Below, piece after piece: positions 61,442 through 64,000 of a stretch of DNA of 64,000 nucleotides; the first letter of the stretch is position 1, and each line of letters opens with the position of its first letter. The stretch comes from Hamiltosporidium tvaerminnensis FI-OER-3-3. Lineage: Eukaryota > Fungi > Microsporidia. The stretch lies in contig CM061246.1 in assembly GCA_022605425.2 (NCBI GenBank), positions 1,426,001-1,490,000 on the forward strand. The letters are read 5' to 3'. A program made the position numbers and the translations under genes. The notes below the pieces were generated by a model. It was not told the origin of the DNA and did no database searches. It saw only the letters and a list, made by a program, of their open reading frames with translations.

Positions 61442-61954
61442 TTAATAATTACCGATCGTATACCTTATTTTTTTCTCAGTTAGAGTTTCAAATGCAGCAG
61501 ACATTCCTTCTAAATCATCTTCAGTAAAATCAGATCTTCTTTCTAAAATTGCATTCTCCAATCTTCCTTCTAAATTGACATCAGTTGTTCTCATTTTTAT
61601 AACAGAAGGATAACAAAGATTAGAAATCAAATCCTCCATAAGTTCTTTATTTGGTTTTTTCTTTGCTGTAAGATAACTGTCAGCTCTTCTTACTACGAAA
61701 ATCATGTAAGCAGAAAATATTTTTCGCATTTTTGTTATAAATTTGGTGAAGAATTTTCTAAGTGCACATAGAACTGGATCGGGGATTTTTATAAGTAAAA
61801 TATTTTTATTCTGCAAAGGAACCAATTGAAGTTTTATTTTATCAAGCAAAGGTTTATGTTCTGGTTTTAACTTGTCTGAATAATTCACTTCAATAATTTC
61901 AGAAATCTTTTTCTCTAATTCTGTCTGTTCGTCAGTTTCCCCTTTCAAATTCAT
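61442..61954 (-). CDS. RPS7: 40S ribosomal protein eS7
   Basis: TELEKKIS, LLIKIPDP, MRKIFS.YMIFV.RR, DLI.NLCYPS.I..R and FETLTEKKI. ATG at 61954 after CCCAAAA. Confidence 0.8.
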   Translation of the reverse strand: MNLKGETDEQTELEKKISEIIEVNYSDKLKPEHKPLLDKIKLQLVPLQNKNILLIKIPDPVLCALRKFFTKFITKMRKIFSAYMIFVVRRADSYLTAKKKPNKELMEDLISNLCYPSVIKMRTTDVNLEGRLENAILERRSDFTEDDLEGMSAAFETLTEKKIRYTIGNY

Positions 61955-62201
61955 TTTTGGGCTGAAATTATTTTCTAAAAAAAATATTTTAGAAATAAAA
62001 AAATACAAAAAAACTGGTAAACCAAAAGATAATTAAAAAAAAAGAAATATCAAATAACTGCCAAAAATTGAGACTTGAAAAAATTTTTAACTATTTACAA
62101 ATAAATTATTTAGACAAATTAAAAATATCTTTAATAAAGGTGGTTTCTAATTCATAGAAATTAATCTCAAATATTTTGAAAACTTTTTTTAGAAGATTTT
62201 T

Positions 62202-63206
62202 TTACTCTTGTGGATCAGCGATTCCATTTTCTGTTATTGCAAAAACTGCTTCTGATTCTGGCAAACAAGGTGAATCATAGATTTTACAAATACGTGTTTC
62301 GCCTTTTCCTTTTCTCAAATATAGCCTTGTCGTACTAGCGTGTGCCATGATATTCCCCCCTACTGGTTTTTTAGGATCTGCATTGAACATCGCAGCTGCC
62401 CCATCAACACTCGACACTACTTGATTGGTTATTACAACAGCTACCCCAAATTCATCAGCAAGTCTCATAAGCATTCTAAGAAATCTAGCCAAATGAATTT
62501 GTCGAGCTCCCAATTCGCCTCTACCACTGAAATCGGTTCTATAAAGAGCAGTCGCAGAATCTACAATTAAAACAGAATAGTTTGATTCCGACATCATTGC
62601 AGCAGCTTGAATTAGAAGTTGTGATTGATGATCTGAATTGTAAGCACGTGCGTAGGAAACATTCTCTAAAACCTGTTCTGGATCTAAATTATATCTGGCG
62701 GCTATAGAAACCAATCTTTCAGACCTAAATGTACCTTCAGTATCAATATACATGGCTTTACCGGATGATCCACCACTTTCCGTGGGAAGTTGACACGTGA
62801 CGGCAATTGTATGACAAATTTGTGTTTTTCCTGTTCTAAATTCACCAAAAATTTCAGTTATTCCTCCGGATTCTATGCCACCATTTAACAATTTATCTAA
62901 TTCAGATGATCCTGTGGTTAAATAAATTACTTCTGCTCTCTTTTCATGGAATTTTGTCGCCGACATAAACCCCATGGGAACAAGTTTTGCTGCTTCCTTC
63001 AACAGCTTCTCAGCCTTTACTTCAGAAAATCCTTTCACATTCATCAATGTCTTTTTTGGTGTAAAAGCAAGTGATTCAACTGTATTATAACCCGCCTCAA
63101 TTAGCTTTGCGATATCAGAAGCAGCAATACCCTCTTTTTTAAGTTCTTCGATTGAAATTGGACCGGTTGAGATTTCTACCTCGTTATCATAATTCTCATC
63201 TTCCAT
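62202..63206 (-). CDS. RAD51: DNA recombinase Rad51
   Basis: [56 protein letters not shown] and [13 protein letters not shown] directly precedes the ATG. Confidence 0.98.
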   Translation of the reverse strand: MEDENYDNEVEISTGPISIEELKKEGIAASDIAKLIEAGYNTVESLAFTPKKTLMNVKGFSEVKAEKLLKEAAKLVPMGFMSATKFHEKRAEVIYLTTGSSELDKLLNGGIESGGITEIFGEFRTGKTQICHTIAVTCQLPTESGGSSGKAMYIDTEGTFRSERLVSIAARYNLDPEQVLENVSYARAYNSDHQSQLLIQAAAMMSESNYSVLIVDSATALYRTDFSGRGELGARQIHLARFLRMLMRLADEFGVAVVITNQVVSSVDGAAAMFNADPKKPVGGNIMAHASTTRLYLRKGKGETRICKIYDSPCLPESEAVFAITENGIADPQE

Positions 63207-64000
63207 GGGATATTTCTGTAAATAAATATTTATCGTTATATTCTGAACTAAATATGTATTTTTACCAAATTTTTTAATAGAAAATATAGAAGAATTAAGA
63301 TTTATTTATTAAAAACAGAATTTGATTTTTCTCGAATTTTATGCTATTCGAACATCATTCCTTATTCTTTGAAAGCAACAACTTTCTACTATGATTGACC
63401 AGCTTTTTTATGAGAGTCTAAATCTGCAAATTATGTAATTTTTATCCAGTATATTTCAATATATGTGACTTTTTATATTTTAATTATTATTCTGCCTGTT
63501 TAATAAAAATTTTTATCTGTCTGTAAATATTTAATATATTATCCAATGTTATTTATAAGCTTCTTCGAATTACACAATCAAAATTTTTTTGTAATAAAGA
63601 AATTTCTGGTTTAATCAACCTGCTAAATTATCCATTTAATTGTTCTGAAACTTTTCGGTAATTTTTTGAAATATAATAGACATTTTATACTGATAATATC
63701 ATAACAAAACAAAATATTGTCTGTAAATAAGTAATTTTTTTATCAATTATATCTTTTACAAATGTTTGTTTACAATTTGTGTGTAGAATATATAAGATAA
63801 TATTACATAACCAATATGATATAGATATTATTGGTTTTTTCCGGGGCATTAAATCTATATGTGTAATTATGGGTCGTACATCTTGTGAGGCTAGCAGTTA
63901 CGAGCACATTTATATTTAAGCATCGCAAAAGTTTCTTAAATTTTCATAAATTCCCATATCTTTCTTTATAAATATAATAGCCTACAAATCTACCTTACTA

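Overview
Very AT-rich eukaryotic DNA with intronless housekeeping genes, most of them preceded by a CCC motif just upstream of the ATG. This fits a large-genome microsporidian; a Hamiltosporidium-like species is my inference, not verified. Recognisable genes: RRP12-like (split by a 1-nt shift), UAP1, dolichol kinase, NSA2, tRNA-Glu(UUC), CCR4, prolyl-tRNA synthetase (frameshifted), SEC23, HAS1, eIF2A, a small longin/TRAPP-like protein, RPS7 and RAD51. A small ORF may encode the DASH subunit Hsk3. Intergenic DNA holds many mobile-element remains: six copies or fragments of an R4/Dong-type non-LTR retrotransposon (one apparently full length with a 13-bp TSD, inserted in an LRR-like gene), decayed Ty3/gypsy, Helitron and DDE-integrase relics, a 240-bp non-autonomous RTE element, and five copies of an unclassified ~700-bp repeat. 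Three signals stand out. (1) Low-complexity insertions in ProRS and CCR4 share a G-rich arm / A-rich core / C-rich arm design. Two ProRS inserts are bounded by inverted repeats, and excising one repairs the ProRS frameshift and restores a conserved G-I-R motif. (2) The RTE mini-element has a pseudoknot-like 5' RNA and sits between ~355-bp direct repeats. (3) One copy of the ~700-bp family begins exactly at the tRNA terminator. All alignments were done by eye; no searches were run.
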